A DNA stretch of 64,000 nucleotides from Nitrososphaerota archaeon (GCA_041641305.1 JBEPYN010000002.1:480001-544000), one strand, 5' to 3'; positions 38,332 through 46,486 are shown, counted from the stretch's first letter. Numbers and translations are program-made. The notes: generated by a model not told the origin, from the letters alone.

Positions 38332-39180
38332 ATGAGGTTCTACGCTGATGTTCATCGGAAGAGGGATGACACAGGCTATCGGATAACCTATACAACTGAT
38401 GGTGAAGACTTTAGACATGTTGATTCTCCGTCGGAGATACCGGTAGAAGCTGGAGACAAAGTATACGTAGACACAATACCGATAATACATACAGATGGTT
38501 TCATAGAGCTTCTTAGAAGAGGTGCTGAGGTTTACTATCTGAGGAGACTAACCATGATTGAGGCTGTGAGGCAGAAGATGGGGATAAAATCCAAGTCCGC
38601 GAGGACAGATATCAAGGCTTTGATGGCTGTTGATGATAAGTGGTTCCGTAGAGTGGATGAGAATTTCTTGGTGATGCGACAGATGATTTCGGCGTTTAGA
38701 AGTTTGGAGAGAACTATGCAGAGGCTGGAGAACCAGCTCAAGGCGGCTTCATCTGCTACCGAGGAGAGCTTGAGGAGAATGGTAAAACAAGTAGAGATAG
38801 AGAAAGAGGTCTTAGCCAAACGGATTTCAGAGGAGGCGGCGAAGAGGTTCCCAGTCTTCGTAAAGGTTGTGGAAGAGCTAGGGATAATGGGAGAGAACCA
38901 TGTATTGGCTTGTGAAGCTTTGGCGGAGCTGCTAACCTACGTCGACTTCAGCAAATCCTTTAGACAAGTGCGAGGATACCTACGGCTCTACAGGAAACGT
39001 TCAAAAAACCAGACGTATAACCACGAGACACGCCATGCGCTAACAAGGCTCACAATGGCAACAACAAGAAATACACCAAACGCCCATAAACAAGAAGACA
39101 TACTGATGAAGATATGGCTGACAATCAGACAGGAAACCCAAGAGAGGCTGGCAGGCATACCGGCCCAACAACAGGGATAA
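38332..39180 (+). CDS. IS110-related RuvC(DEDD)-coiled coil-Nop/Tnp20-fold protein (TasR-like architecture)
   Basis: YADVHRK (cf. GIDVHK), VYVD, KSARTDIKAL (cf. KTDxxDA), a coiled coil, then LAELLTYVDF...VRGYLRL...YNHETR (cf. IS110 Tnp20/Nop domain). Confidence 0.7.
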   Translation: MRFYADVHRKRDDTGYRITYTTDGEDFRHVDSPSEIPVEAGDKVYVDTIPIIHTDGFIELLRRGAEVYYLRRLTMIEAVRQKMGIKSKSARTDIKALMAVDDKWFRRVDENFLVMRQMISAFRSLERTMQRLENQLKAASSATEESLRRMVKQVEIEKEVLAKRISEEAAKRFPVFVKVVEELGIMGENHVLACEALAELLTYVDFSKSFRQVRGYLRLYRKRSKNQTYNHETRHALTRLTMATTRNTPNAHKQEDILMKIWLTIRQETQERLAGIPAQQQG

Positions 39181-39307
39181 AACCCAGAAGCCGGTATGTC
39201 CTGTTATATAGCGAGCTGACTCTTTCGCCAGCTATGTCTAGTTTATAAACGGCCGGCTTCTTTCATGGGTTTCCTAGGTGTTGTTGCTGGTTGGTTGCCT
39301 GCCAGCC
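39146..39307 (+). ncRNA. Candidate structured RNA (long rod-like hairpin) overlapping the 3' end of the IS110/Nop-like gene
   Basis: Nested helices 39146-57/39296-307 (12 bp), 39166-73/39279-86, 39180-86/39266-72, 39187-95/39252-60 and 39214-18/39229-33, with several G-U pairs on the + strand. Confidence 0.6.
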
Positions 39308-39317
39308 AACCACCCCC

Positions 39318-39332
39318 TTATTTTTTCCCTTA
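39318..39332 (+). terminator. Oligo-T tract after the hairpin
   Basis: TTATTTTTTCCCTTA just after the hairpin base; oligo-U termination is standard in archaea. Confidence 0.45.
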
Positions 39333-39520
39333 ATTTATGTCCATATAAACTAACAGGGAAAACCACAACTAGGTATCTATTTCTTTCATTTTCCTCTTAC
39401 GAATGCTCAAATAAGCAATTCATGGTTTAAAGCTATGTAATAAACCAACTAGACATATCATAGGTTGATAAGTTAATATACAGGGTTGGCTAAAGTGGGC
39501 GTCGGGCAGCCGAGTAACAA

Positions 39521-41440
39521 ATGGTGGCCGGTCTGAAAAAACTTTCATGCTACAACAAACCCCTGAACTTTCCCGAGAATAATTTTGACCACGAATGGTG
39601 GAAAAAAATTTTCAACGAGTACTACCTTGTTACAGATGGGGACGTTGTCTGCAACCAAGAATTGACCAAATACGAGGTCGACCTCATAGTCAAGCTTCTC
39701 GACCTCGATAAAACCGATGCGGTGCTAGACCTTTGCTGCGGCAACGGCAGACACGCAATAGAGCTCGCTAGAAGAGGTTACAGGGATATACATGGGCTCG
39801 ACTACTCCAGGTTTCTGTTAAACGTTGCCAGAAATTCAGCTAGACAAGAGGGGCTGAAAATAGACTTCAGATGGGGGGATGCAAGGAGCTTGCCCTTCGC
39901 GGATAATTCATTCGATGCAGTTATTTTAATGGGAAACAGCTTCGGATACTTCGCTGAAATAGATGATGACCTGAGAGTCCTAAGAGAAGTGAGACGTGTC
40001 CTAAGACCTTATGGCAGAATCCTCATCGACGTTGTAGATAGAGAACAGTTCTTAAAACATTTGGAGCCAATCAGCAGTGAAAAAAATGGAGATGTTCAAA
40101 TAATTAGACTGCGGAGGGTCATCGGTCGAAACAGATTGGTGACGCGTGAAATTGTTATCAGGGAAAACACGGAGGTATTAACCGACCATGTCTATGGCGT
40201 TAGACTATACAGCTTCTCAGAACTCAAATGCATGCTGGAGCAGGCAGAGTTCGCAAATGTGACTCTCAAAGCCAGTATCTCATACAATCCTGAAGGAAAG
40301 GACCCTGGAATGCTCAAAACTAGGATGGTCGTTACAGCATTATCTTCGAAGGAGAACATCGTTACAGCCCACAAGCCGCTCATAGCGGTGCTCATCGGTG
40401 ATCCAAGTAGACGCAATCCTGTTAAGCCTGGTGCAGTATTAGATGAAGATGATGTCTATGCGGTTAACGAGTTAAAATCAGCTCTCATAGGTATAAGAAA
40501 GTATCAATTCTGTTTCCTCGATAACCACGACTCATTTCTAGAATACTTGAAGGCAAACAAGAACTCAATTCATATCGTCCTCAACTTATGTGATGACGGA
40601 TTTCACAACGACCCGCATATGGAGGGGCATGTTCCAGCTTTGTTAGAGATGCTAGGGCTGCGGTATACTGGTGCTGGGCCAAGATGCCTATTCCTATGCT
40701 ATGACAAAGCAGCCGTCAATGCGATCGCAGAATCAATGAGCATCCCTGTACCAGAGTATGTGCTAATTAACAACCAGGATGAACTGAACATAATACCTAG
40801 ACGAATTTATCCCGCTATAGTGAAGCCTAACTTCGCAGATAACAGCTGGGGAATAACTGCGAAAAGTATTGTTCGGGACAGAACCGAGTTGGAATCTGCA
40901 ATTCATCAATTGAAGATTGAATGGGGCTACCATGGCCCAGTATTGGTGCAACACTATGTTGAAGGAAAAGATCTGACAACCGCTTTAATAGGAAATCCGC
41001 CAGATTTCATTGTGCTACCGATTCTGACAGAAGATTATTCTTGTTTACCTGACGGGCTTCCGAGAATTCTGACCTATGATGCAAAGTGGGTTCCAGACTC
41101 TCCATATGGTTGTGTACAGTCGGTACCGGCTACACTTAATTCCGATATAAGACACAGGCTAGTCAACTGGAGCAAAGAGCTGTTCATAAGGCTGGAGTGC
41201 AGAGATTATGCGAGATTTGATTGGAGATTGGGATATGATGGTACTCCATGGCTGTTAGAGGCTAACCCAAATCCTGGATGGGTCTGGGATGGTCATCTCA
41301 GAAAGGCATGCAATTATATGGGATGGAGTTACAAGAAGATGTTTCAAGCCATCATTGAGGCGACTGAGAAACGTTATAGAACGGCCAACTCCAAACAACA
41401 CATTAGTATTCATCCTCAAAAGATTGAAGCCATACACTGA
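39521..41440 (+). CDS. SAM methyltransferase fused to a D-Ala-D-Ala-ligase-like ATP-grasp domain
   Basis: N-terminal LDLCCGNGRH...NSFGYF; C-terminal YTGAG...YDKA, IVKPNFADNSWGI, RDYARFDWR and LEANPNP. Confidence 0.88.
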   Translation: MVAGLKKLSCYNKPLNFPENNFDHEWWKKIFNEYYLVTDGDVVCNQELTKYEVDLIVKLLDLDKTDAVLDLCCGNGRHAIELARRGYRDIHGLDYSRFLLNVARNSARQEGLKIDFRWGDARSLPFADNSFDAVILMGNSFGYFAEIDDDLRVLREVRRVLRPYGRILIDVVDREQFLKHLEPISSEKNGDVQIIRLRRVIGRNRLVTREIVIRENTEVLTDHVYGVRLYSFSELKCMLEQAEFANVTLKASISYNPEGKDPGMLKTRMVVTALSSKENIVTAHKPLIAVLIGDPSRRNPVKPGAVLDEDDVYAVNELKSALIGIRKYQFCFLDNHDSFLEYLKANKNSIHIVLNLCDDGFHNDPHMEGHVPALLEMLGLRYTGAGPRCLFLCYDKAAVNAIAESMSIPVPEYVLINNQDELNIIPRRIYPAIVKPNFADNSWGITAKSIVRDRTELESAIHQLKIEWGYHGPVLVQHYVEGKDLTTALIGNPPDFIVLPILTEDYSCLPDGLPRILTYDAKWVPDSPYGCVQSVPATLNSDIRHRLVNWSKELFIRLECRDYARFDWRLGYDGTPWLLEANPNPGWVWDGHLRKACNYMGWSYKKMFQAIIEATEKRYRTANSKQHISIHPQKIEAIH

Positions 41441-41497
41441 GAAAATTGGGTGTTGGAACTAGCTTGTTTATGTTAATTTAAATACAGTGGCTGCAGC

Positions 41498-42439
41498 ATG
41501 AATAATGTGAGCAAGAAGGTCTTGGTGGCAGACTCTATTGACAAAGCGGCTGTTGATGTTCTCGAAGATGCGGGTTTCCAGGTTGATTTACGTCCAGGGA
41601 TTTCCGCGGAGGAGCTTGAATCCGTGATAGGTGGCTATGATGTGTTGCTTGTCCGTGGGAGGACAAAGGTAACTGCGAAGGTTATTGAACGCGGTGTTCC
41701 CGTGTTGAAGGTTGTTGGCCGTGCTGGAGTTGGACTCGACAACGTTGACCTCGAGGCTGCGGCGCGGCATGGCGTCAAGGTGCTGAACACACCAGAGTCA
41801 ACGACCGAAAGCGTTGCGGAGCTCGTCGTCGGGTTGATGATAGCCGTGGCCCGTAAAATCGCTTGGTGTGATAGACAGGTTCGCTCAGGTAAGTGGCCGA
41901 AGTCCGAGGCCATGGGCGTAGAACTGGCTGGGAAAACCCTCGGTGTTGTGGGCTATGGACGGATCGGGAGACGTGTCGCCGAGATAGCATATGCCATGGG
42001 GATGAAGGTTGTTGCCTACGACGTCATACCCATTCCGGAGGAGATTTTGGCAAAAGCCGGGGCCAGGCTCACAAGCCTCGAGGAAGTGCTGCAGACAGCA
42101 GATGTCATAACCCTGCATGTACCTCTTACACCCGAGACAAGACACCTAATCGATGCAAGCAAACTGGAGATGATGAAGCCGACCGCCATACTCATAAACG
42201 CGTCACGTGGAGAGGTGATAGACGAGGAAGCACTCTACAACGCTCTCAAAGACGGTAGAATAGCGGGCGCGGGTCTCGATGTTTTCGAGAAAGAGCCACC
42301 CACCGGGAGCAAGCTTCTCACGCTCGACAATGTTGTGCTCACTCCGCACATAGGTGCTCAGACTCGGGAGGCTCAGGAGGCTGCTGCAACGATGCTGGCG
42401 AAAAAAGTTATCGAAGTGTTTGCTTCAATGAGTTCTTGA
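41498..42439 (+). CDS. serA: D-3-phosphoglycerate dehydrogenase / D-2-hydroxyacid dehydrogenase
   Basis: GRAGVGLDNVD, GYGRIG, INASRG, DVFEKEP and TPHIGAQT; no ACT domain. Confidence 0.85.
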   Translation: MNNVSKKVLVADSIDKAAVDVLEDAGFQVDLRPGISAEELESVIGGYDVLLVRGRTKVTAKVIERGVPVLKVVGRAGVGLDNVDLEAAARHGVKVLNTPESTTESVAELVVGLMIAVARKIAWCDRQVRSGKWPKSEAMGVELAGKTLGVVGYGRIGRRVAEIAYAMGMKVVAYDVIPIPEEILAKAGARLTSLEEVLQTADVITLHVPLTPETRHLIDASKLEMMKPTAILINASRGEVIDEEALYNALKDGRIAGAGLDVFEKEPPTGSKLLTLDNVVLTPHIGAQTREAQEAAATMLAKKVIEVFASMSS

Positions 42440-43268
42440 CAAGCTTGAGCAGCTTCTCCGGATAAAGGCCGGACAAATCCTCCCTGTAAAAAACCACAAT
42501 CTTTTCATCATATCTCCTGTCCAGCTCCACCCCGGGGCCCAGCTCAACCCACACTCCTTCCTCGACAAATTTTCGGAATTTCTCCACCGCGTCCCCGCTC
42601 CTGAGAATATCTATGGGACAGTTTATGTACATGGGCCTCTTGTCGACGATGTGGCGGGTGGATTTGGGTGGCAGCCTGTAGGCATGTTTGGCGATTGAGA
42701 CGACCTCCTCTTTCCTCAGAGGCCTCAGCAAGTATCCGAAGACGTGTCTGCCCCGTTTAACAACCTCTTCAACGTCACTGTCTCTGACATAGGTTATGCC
42801 AAGCGTTTTTAGTCTCTGCTCGAGCATGGAAAGTTTCCCGTAAACCTGCTCGGTGGCCAGAGTTTCTTGATGTTTGATTTTCAGGCTCTGTCCATTGCTC
42901 CAGATGAACCAAGCGTCGTAGATGTCTCTTGACTCTGTGAAGCCCAGTTCGCTGCAATAATCCTTTAACTCATCGCTGGATATGTTCTTTGACGCAGCTC
43001 GCCCCCATCCGGCGAGGACAACACGGGGAGACATGTAGTCGACTGTGTAGACGGGTATTTTTTCGAGGCCTAGAACCATAGCCGCCTCAACCCTGTGCGT
43101 GCCATCTATAACCAGCCCGGTCTCAGCGTCGACTATCACGGGGTCTATGAAGCGGCCTTTTTTGGCGATGTCCTCGGCTATGCGGGAGACTGCTTGTGGA
43201 ATGGATTGCTCATGTGGGTGAAGGTTTCCGGTGTCGGCGAGTGTGACCGTCCAAGGTTTTAGCCTCAA
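42408..43268 (-). CDS. ParB-like fold protein, SerK/SbnI-type free serine kinase-like
   Basis: LHPHE, IDGTHR and PPKSTRH motifs. Confidence 0.65.
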   Translation of the reverse strand: MRLKPWTVTLADTGNLHPHEQSIPQAVSRIAEDIAKKGRFIDPVIVDAETGLVIDGTHRVEAAMVLGLEKIPVYTVDYMSPRVVLAGWGRAASKNISSDELKDYCSELGFTESRDIYDAWFIWSNGQSLKIKHQETLATEQVYGKLSMLEQRLKTLGITYVRDSDVEEVVKRGRHVFGYLLRPLRKEEVVSIAKHAYRLPPKSTRHIVDKRPMYINCPIDILRSGDAVEKFRKFVEEGVWVELGPGVELDRRYDEKIVVFYREDLSGLYPEKLLKLVKNSLKQTLR

Positions 43269-44341
43269 CCCAGTTCAGCCATCTCTTCAAACAGATGCCA
43301 CGGCATGGTGGCGTAAACGTCTTCGAAGATGACGCGTGGGCTGGGCGGCGGTGTCTTCTCCGCTTCCTCGGTGGCGCGGCGCAGCTCGTCCTTGAAGCCG
43401 TCCACAATTTTCTGCTCCTCCTCGGGGGACCACAACCTGTTGCGGGTAAGGTAGACCCGAAGCCGCTTCAACGGGTCAAATGCCCGCATTTGTTCAACCT
43501 CTTCTTCGGAGCGGTATTTTGAGGGGTCGTCAGCGGTTGTATGCGGCCCCATCCTGTATGTGACGGCCTCTATCAGAACAGCGCCCTCACCAGCTCGGGC
43601 CCTCTCCACAAACTTTCTGCAGACAGTGTAGACAGCGAGGACATCGTTGCCGTCGACCCTTATTCCCGGAATTCCGTAGGCTTTTGCCTTTACCGCTATG
43701 TTGGGTGCGGCTGTCTGCATCTTGAAGGGAACGGAGATGGCCCACTGGTTGTTCTGAACAAAGAAGACCACGGGGGGCTTGAAGACACCGGCCCAGTTCA
43801 CTGCCTCGTGGAAATCTCCTTTGGAGGTGGCGCCGTCGCCCAAGTAGACCAGAAACACCTCTTTCTCGCCGCGTTTCTTCGCCGCCATCGCCATGCCAAC
43901 AGCCACGGGACACATGAGAGAAACCGCTCCCGCACCCACTACAATCCTATAGCGTCTGTCGCCATACAGCGTGATTTCATGCCCCTTCATGTGGTCGAGG
44001 TTTGTGGCAAACATTCTATGCATCAACGTTGTGAGCGGCGCTCCTCTGAGAAGACCCACAGTCAGCTCACGGTAGGTTGGAAACATCCAGTCTAAGTCGC
44101 TCAAGCTGTGAACGCTTCCCACGACAGAGGCCTCCTGTCCCTCGACCGGCGCGTAGCGTGATGCTTTCCCGAGCGGATGTATCTTGAGCATCCACTGGTC
44201 AAACGTTCTCAGGACAACCATGTCACGCATCATCTTACGCATCATCTCGTTGGAGAGGCCGGGGTCAGGCTCCCCGACCAGCTCCCCCTCAGGGCTCAAA
44301 ACCCTGTAAAGCCCTAACTCCGCCTGACCGTCTCCAGACAT
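43265..44341 (-). CDS. pdhA: 2-oxoacid dehydrogenase E1 alpha subunit
   Basis: GQEA, PTYRE, TPP motif GDGATSKGDFHEAVN...QNN and YRMGPHTTADD. Confidence 0.88.
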   Translation of the reverse strand: MSGDGQAELGLYRVLSPEGELVGEPDPGLSNEMMRKMMRDMVVLRTFDQWMLKIHPLGKASRYAPVEGQEASVVGSVHSLSDLDWMFPTYRELTVGLLRGAPLTTLMHRMFATNLDHMKGHEITLYGDRRYRIVVGAGAVSLMCPVAVGMAMAAKKRGEKEVFLVYLGDGATSKGDFHEAVNWAGVFKPPVVFFVQNNQWAISVPFKMQTAAPNIAVKAKAYGIPGIRVDGNDVLAVYTVCRKFVERARAGEGAVLIEAVTYRMGPHTTADDPSKYRSEEEVEQMRAFDPLKRLRVYLTRNRLWSPEEEQKIVDGFKDELRRATEEAEKTPPPSPRVIFEDVYATMPWHLFEEMAELG

Positions 44342-45519
44342 TCCAAAAACTCCTCGTCAGACAAAGCCCTCTTCTTAGCGATAGACATCTCCTTCACTTT
44401 TTGGAGCAGGGCTTGAACCTCCTCCGGCGACGCTTTTACACCGAGTTTCTCGAGCTTCCACTCGATAGAGTGTTTTCCACTCTTTTTGCCGACGAGGACA
44501 TCATGTCTGTTTCCGACAAGCTCCGGTAGAAAGGCCTCGGAGCCGAGGTGGTACTTTACCCAGCCAGCCACCGATATGCCCGATTCTCTTGTGAACACTC
44601 TCTCGCCGACGACGGGTTTGTTGGCGGCGAGCCGGAAACTTGTCAACTTCTCCACAAGCCGAGAAACCTCCACAAGCTTATCGAGGCGGAGGCCGAGGCG
44701 TCTACCGTAGAGCAGCTCAAGGCTTAGAACAACCTCCTCAAGGGCCGCGTTACCAGCTCTTTCGCCAATCCCGTTGACAGAGACATGCACCACGCTTGCT
44801 CCCGCCGACAAGCCGGCTATGCTCACCGCCGTCCCCATACCAAAGTCGTTGTGACAGTGAACCTCGACAGGCACATTCACCGTCCGCACAATCTCACCGA
44901 CAAGATACCTGAACCCCTCCGGAGAAGCACAGCCAAAAGTGTCAACAACCGCGACGGCGTCGGGCTTAGCCTCCTCAACAACCTTAGAGTAGATGTGTTT
45001 GAGGAAGTTGATATCAGCTCTTGTGCCGTCCACGCCGAAGAAAACAGTGTACAGCCCATGGTCCTTCGCATACTGCACATGCGTAACCGCTTTCTCTACA
45101 ACGTCCTCGGCTCGCCATCCAAACTGCATCAGCTTCGGCACACCCACCGGCCCCTCGGTAACTATTCCAGAGACATCTGCCTTGAGAGCTGCATCGATGT
45201 CCTCTTTCACGAGGCGCGCGAACCCGAAAACCCTAGCTCTAAGGCCCTCGTTGGCAATCATCTTCACGGCGTTGAAGTCCTCCTCGGAGACAACGGGCAT
45301 CCCAGCCTCGAGCCTGTGCACACCCAGCTCATCTAACGCCTTCGCAATCTCCAGCTTCTCGGAAGCCTTCAGCACGACGCCGGGTGTCTGCTCACCATCC
45401 CTCAAAGTAACATCATAAATCTCAATCTTCTCAGGAAAATTGAACTGGTTAACAACCTGTGGAGAAAAGTTGTAGGGGCTGACCCAGTGTTTTTCTCCTC
45501 GCCAAGGCTCTGATGACAT
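44314..45519 (-). CDS. DRE-TIM metallolyase, homocitrate/isopropylmalate synthase family
   Basis: DVTLRDGEQTPG, HCHNDFG, GIGERAGNA and GKKSG. Confidence 0.88.
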   Translation of the reverse strand: MSSEPWRGEKHWVSPYNFSPQVVNQFNFPEKIEIYDVTLRDGEQTPGVVLKASEKLEIAKALDELGVHRLEAGMPVVSEEDFNAVKMIANEGLRARVFGFARLVKEDIDAALKADVSGIVTEGPVGVPKLMQFGWRAEDVVEKAVTHVQYAKDHGLYTVFFGVDGTRADINFLKHIYSKVVEEAKPDAVAVVDTFGCASPEGFRYLVGEIVRTVNVPVEVHCHNDFGMGTAVSIAGLSAGASVVHVSVNGIGERAGNAALEEVVLSLELLYGRRLGLRLDKLVEVSRLVEKLTSFRLAANKPVVGERVFTRESGISVAGWVKYHLGSEAFLPELVGNRHDVLVGKKSGKHSIEWKLEKLGVKASPEEVQALLQKVKEMSIAKKRALSDEEFLECLETVRRS

Positions 45520-45520
45520 T

Positions 45521-46486
45521 TTACTCAGCCACTACTGGGTTGCGCATAACGCCGAGGCTCTCTATCTCAGACTCGACCACGTCACCGGGCTTGAGATAAT
45601 ACTTTTCAGGGTTTTCTCTGAAAGCGGCCACTCCGGAGATGGTTCCAGTGGTTATGATGTCGCCTGGCTCAAGCATCACCCATGAATAGTGCTCTATAAT
45701 CTCCTGCAACGTGACCGAGAGCCTGCTGGTGTTTCCCGACTGCCTCACTTCGCCGTTAACCCGCAGCTCCATCTTCAGGTTGTGGGGGTTACTTATCTCA
45801 TCCTTGGTCACAAGGTAGGGGCCCATGGGAGCGAATGTGTCAAGGTTTTTCCCAAAGTTCAGCAATCCGTTCTTCATCTCCTGCCGCTGAATGTCACGCG
45901 CGGTTATGTCGTTAAACACCATGAATCCGGCGACATAATCGAAAGCCCTCTCCTTCGCAATGTATTTTCCACGCTTCCCAATAACGATAGCCATCTCAAG
46001 CTCGTAGTCAAGCTCCTTGGTGTACTTTGGGTAGACGATGTTGTCGTAGGGCCCTATGACCGCTGTGGGGCTCTTCAGGAAAGATATCCACTGGGGAATT
46101 GGAAACTCCCATTTTGCTTTCTCAGCTTCTTTCGCATGTTCGCGGAAGTTTCCCGCGGTGTGAATTATTTTACCCGGCCGCGGAATGGGCGCATGAAGAC
46201 GTACCTTGCCAAGCTCATACACGAAGCCTTCTCCGTAGGACATGTTGATGAAGGACCTAGCCTTGAACAAAACTCTCTCAGCAGCCTCAAAAGCTCTGCG
46301 GCCTCTACGCAGGAAAGAAACCATGCTAGATGGTAGTAGAGCATCCGCCAAAACCTGCGGATCCTCCTCGCCATCCTCATTCAACAACGCTGCGTAGGCC
46401 ATGTTTCCATCAATTAGGTATTCGCCGTAAACTATGCCGAGACGCGGTTCTCGACGATGGGGATGTTGGAAAGTGACTAGCTTCAT
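45521..46486 (-). CDS. Fumarylacetoacetate hydrolase family protein
   Basis: LDYELE, FNDITARDIQ, GKNLDTFAPMGP and PGDIITTGT. Confidence 0.92.
   Translation of the reverse strand: MKLVTFQHPHRREPRLGIVYGEYLIDGNMAYAALLNEDGEEDPQVLADALLPSSMVSFLRRGRRAFEAAERVLFKARSFINMSYGEGFVYELGKVRLHAPIPRPGKIIHTAGNFREHAKEAEKAKWEFPIPQWISFLKSPTAVIGPYDNIVYPKYTKELDYELEMAIVIGKRGKYIAKERAFDYVAGFMVFNDITARDIQRQEMKNGLLNFGKNLDTFAPMGPYLVTKDEISNPHNLKMELRVNGEVRQSGNTSRLSVTLQEIIEHYSWVMLEPGDIITTGTISGVAAFRENPEKYYLKPGDVVESEIESLGVMRNPVVAE

Larger units (their letters stand above)
38253..39436 (+). mobile_element. Candidate IS110/IS1111-derived element bounded by a 14-bp imperfect inverted repeat
   Basis: ATGGCTTTAAACCA (38253-38266) versus TGGTTTAAAGCTAT (39423-39436), 13/14 complementary; a second diverged copy lies 3.4 kb upstream. 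Confidence 0.45.

Noticed and set aside
39130-39460. CRISPR array or full multi-unit TIGR array
   Set aside because: Only 3-4 short, irregularly spaced motif copies, no regular repeat-spacer periodicity and no cas genes. Reported only as a single structured RNA candidate.
42408-43268. Chromosome-partition ParB
   Set aside because: No ParA partner and no HTH; the PHE, DGTHR and PPKSTRH motifs fit the SerK/SbnI-type enzymes better.
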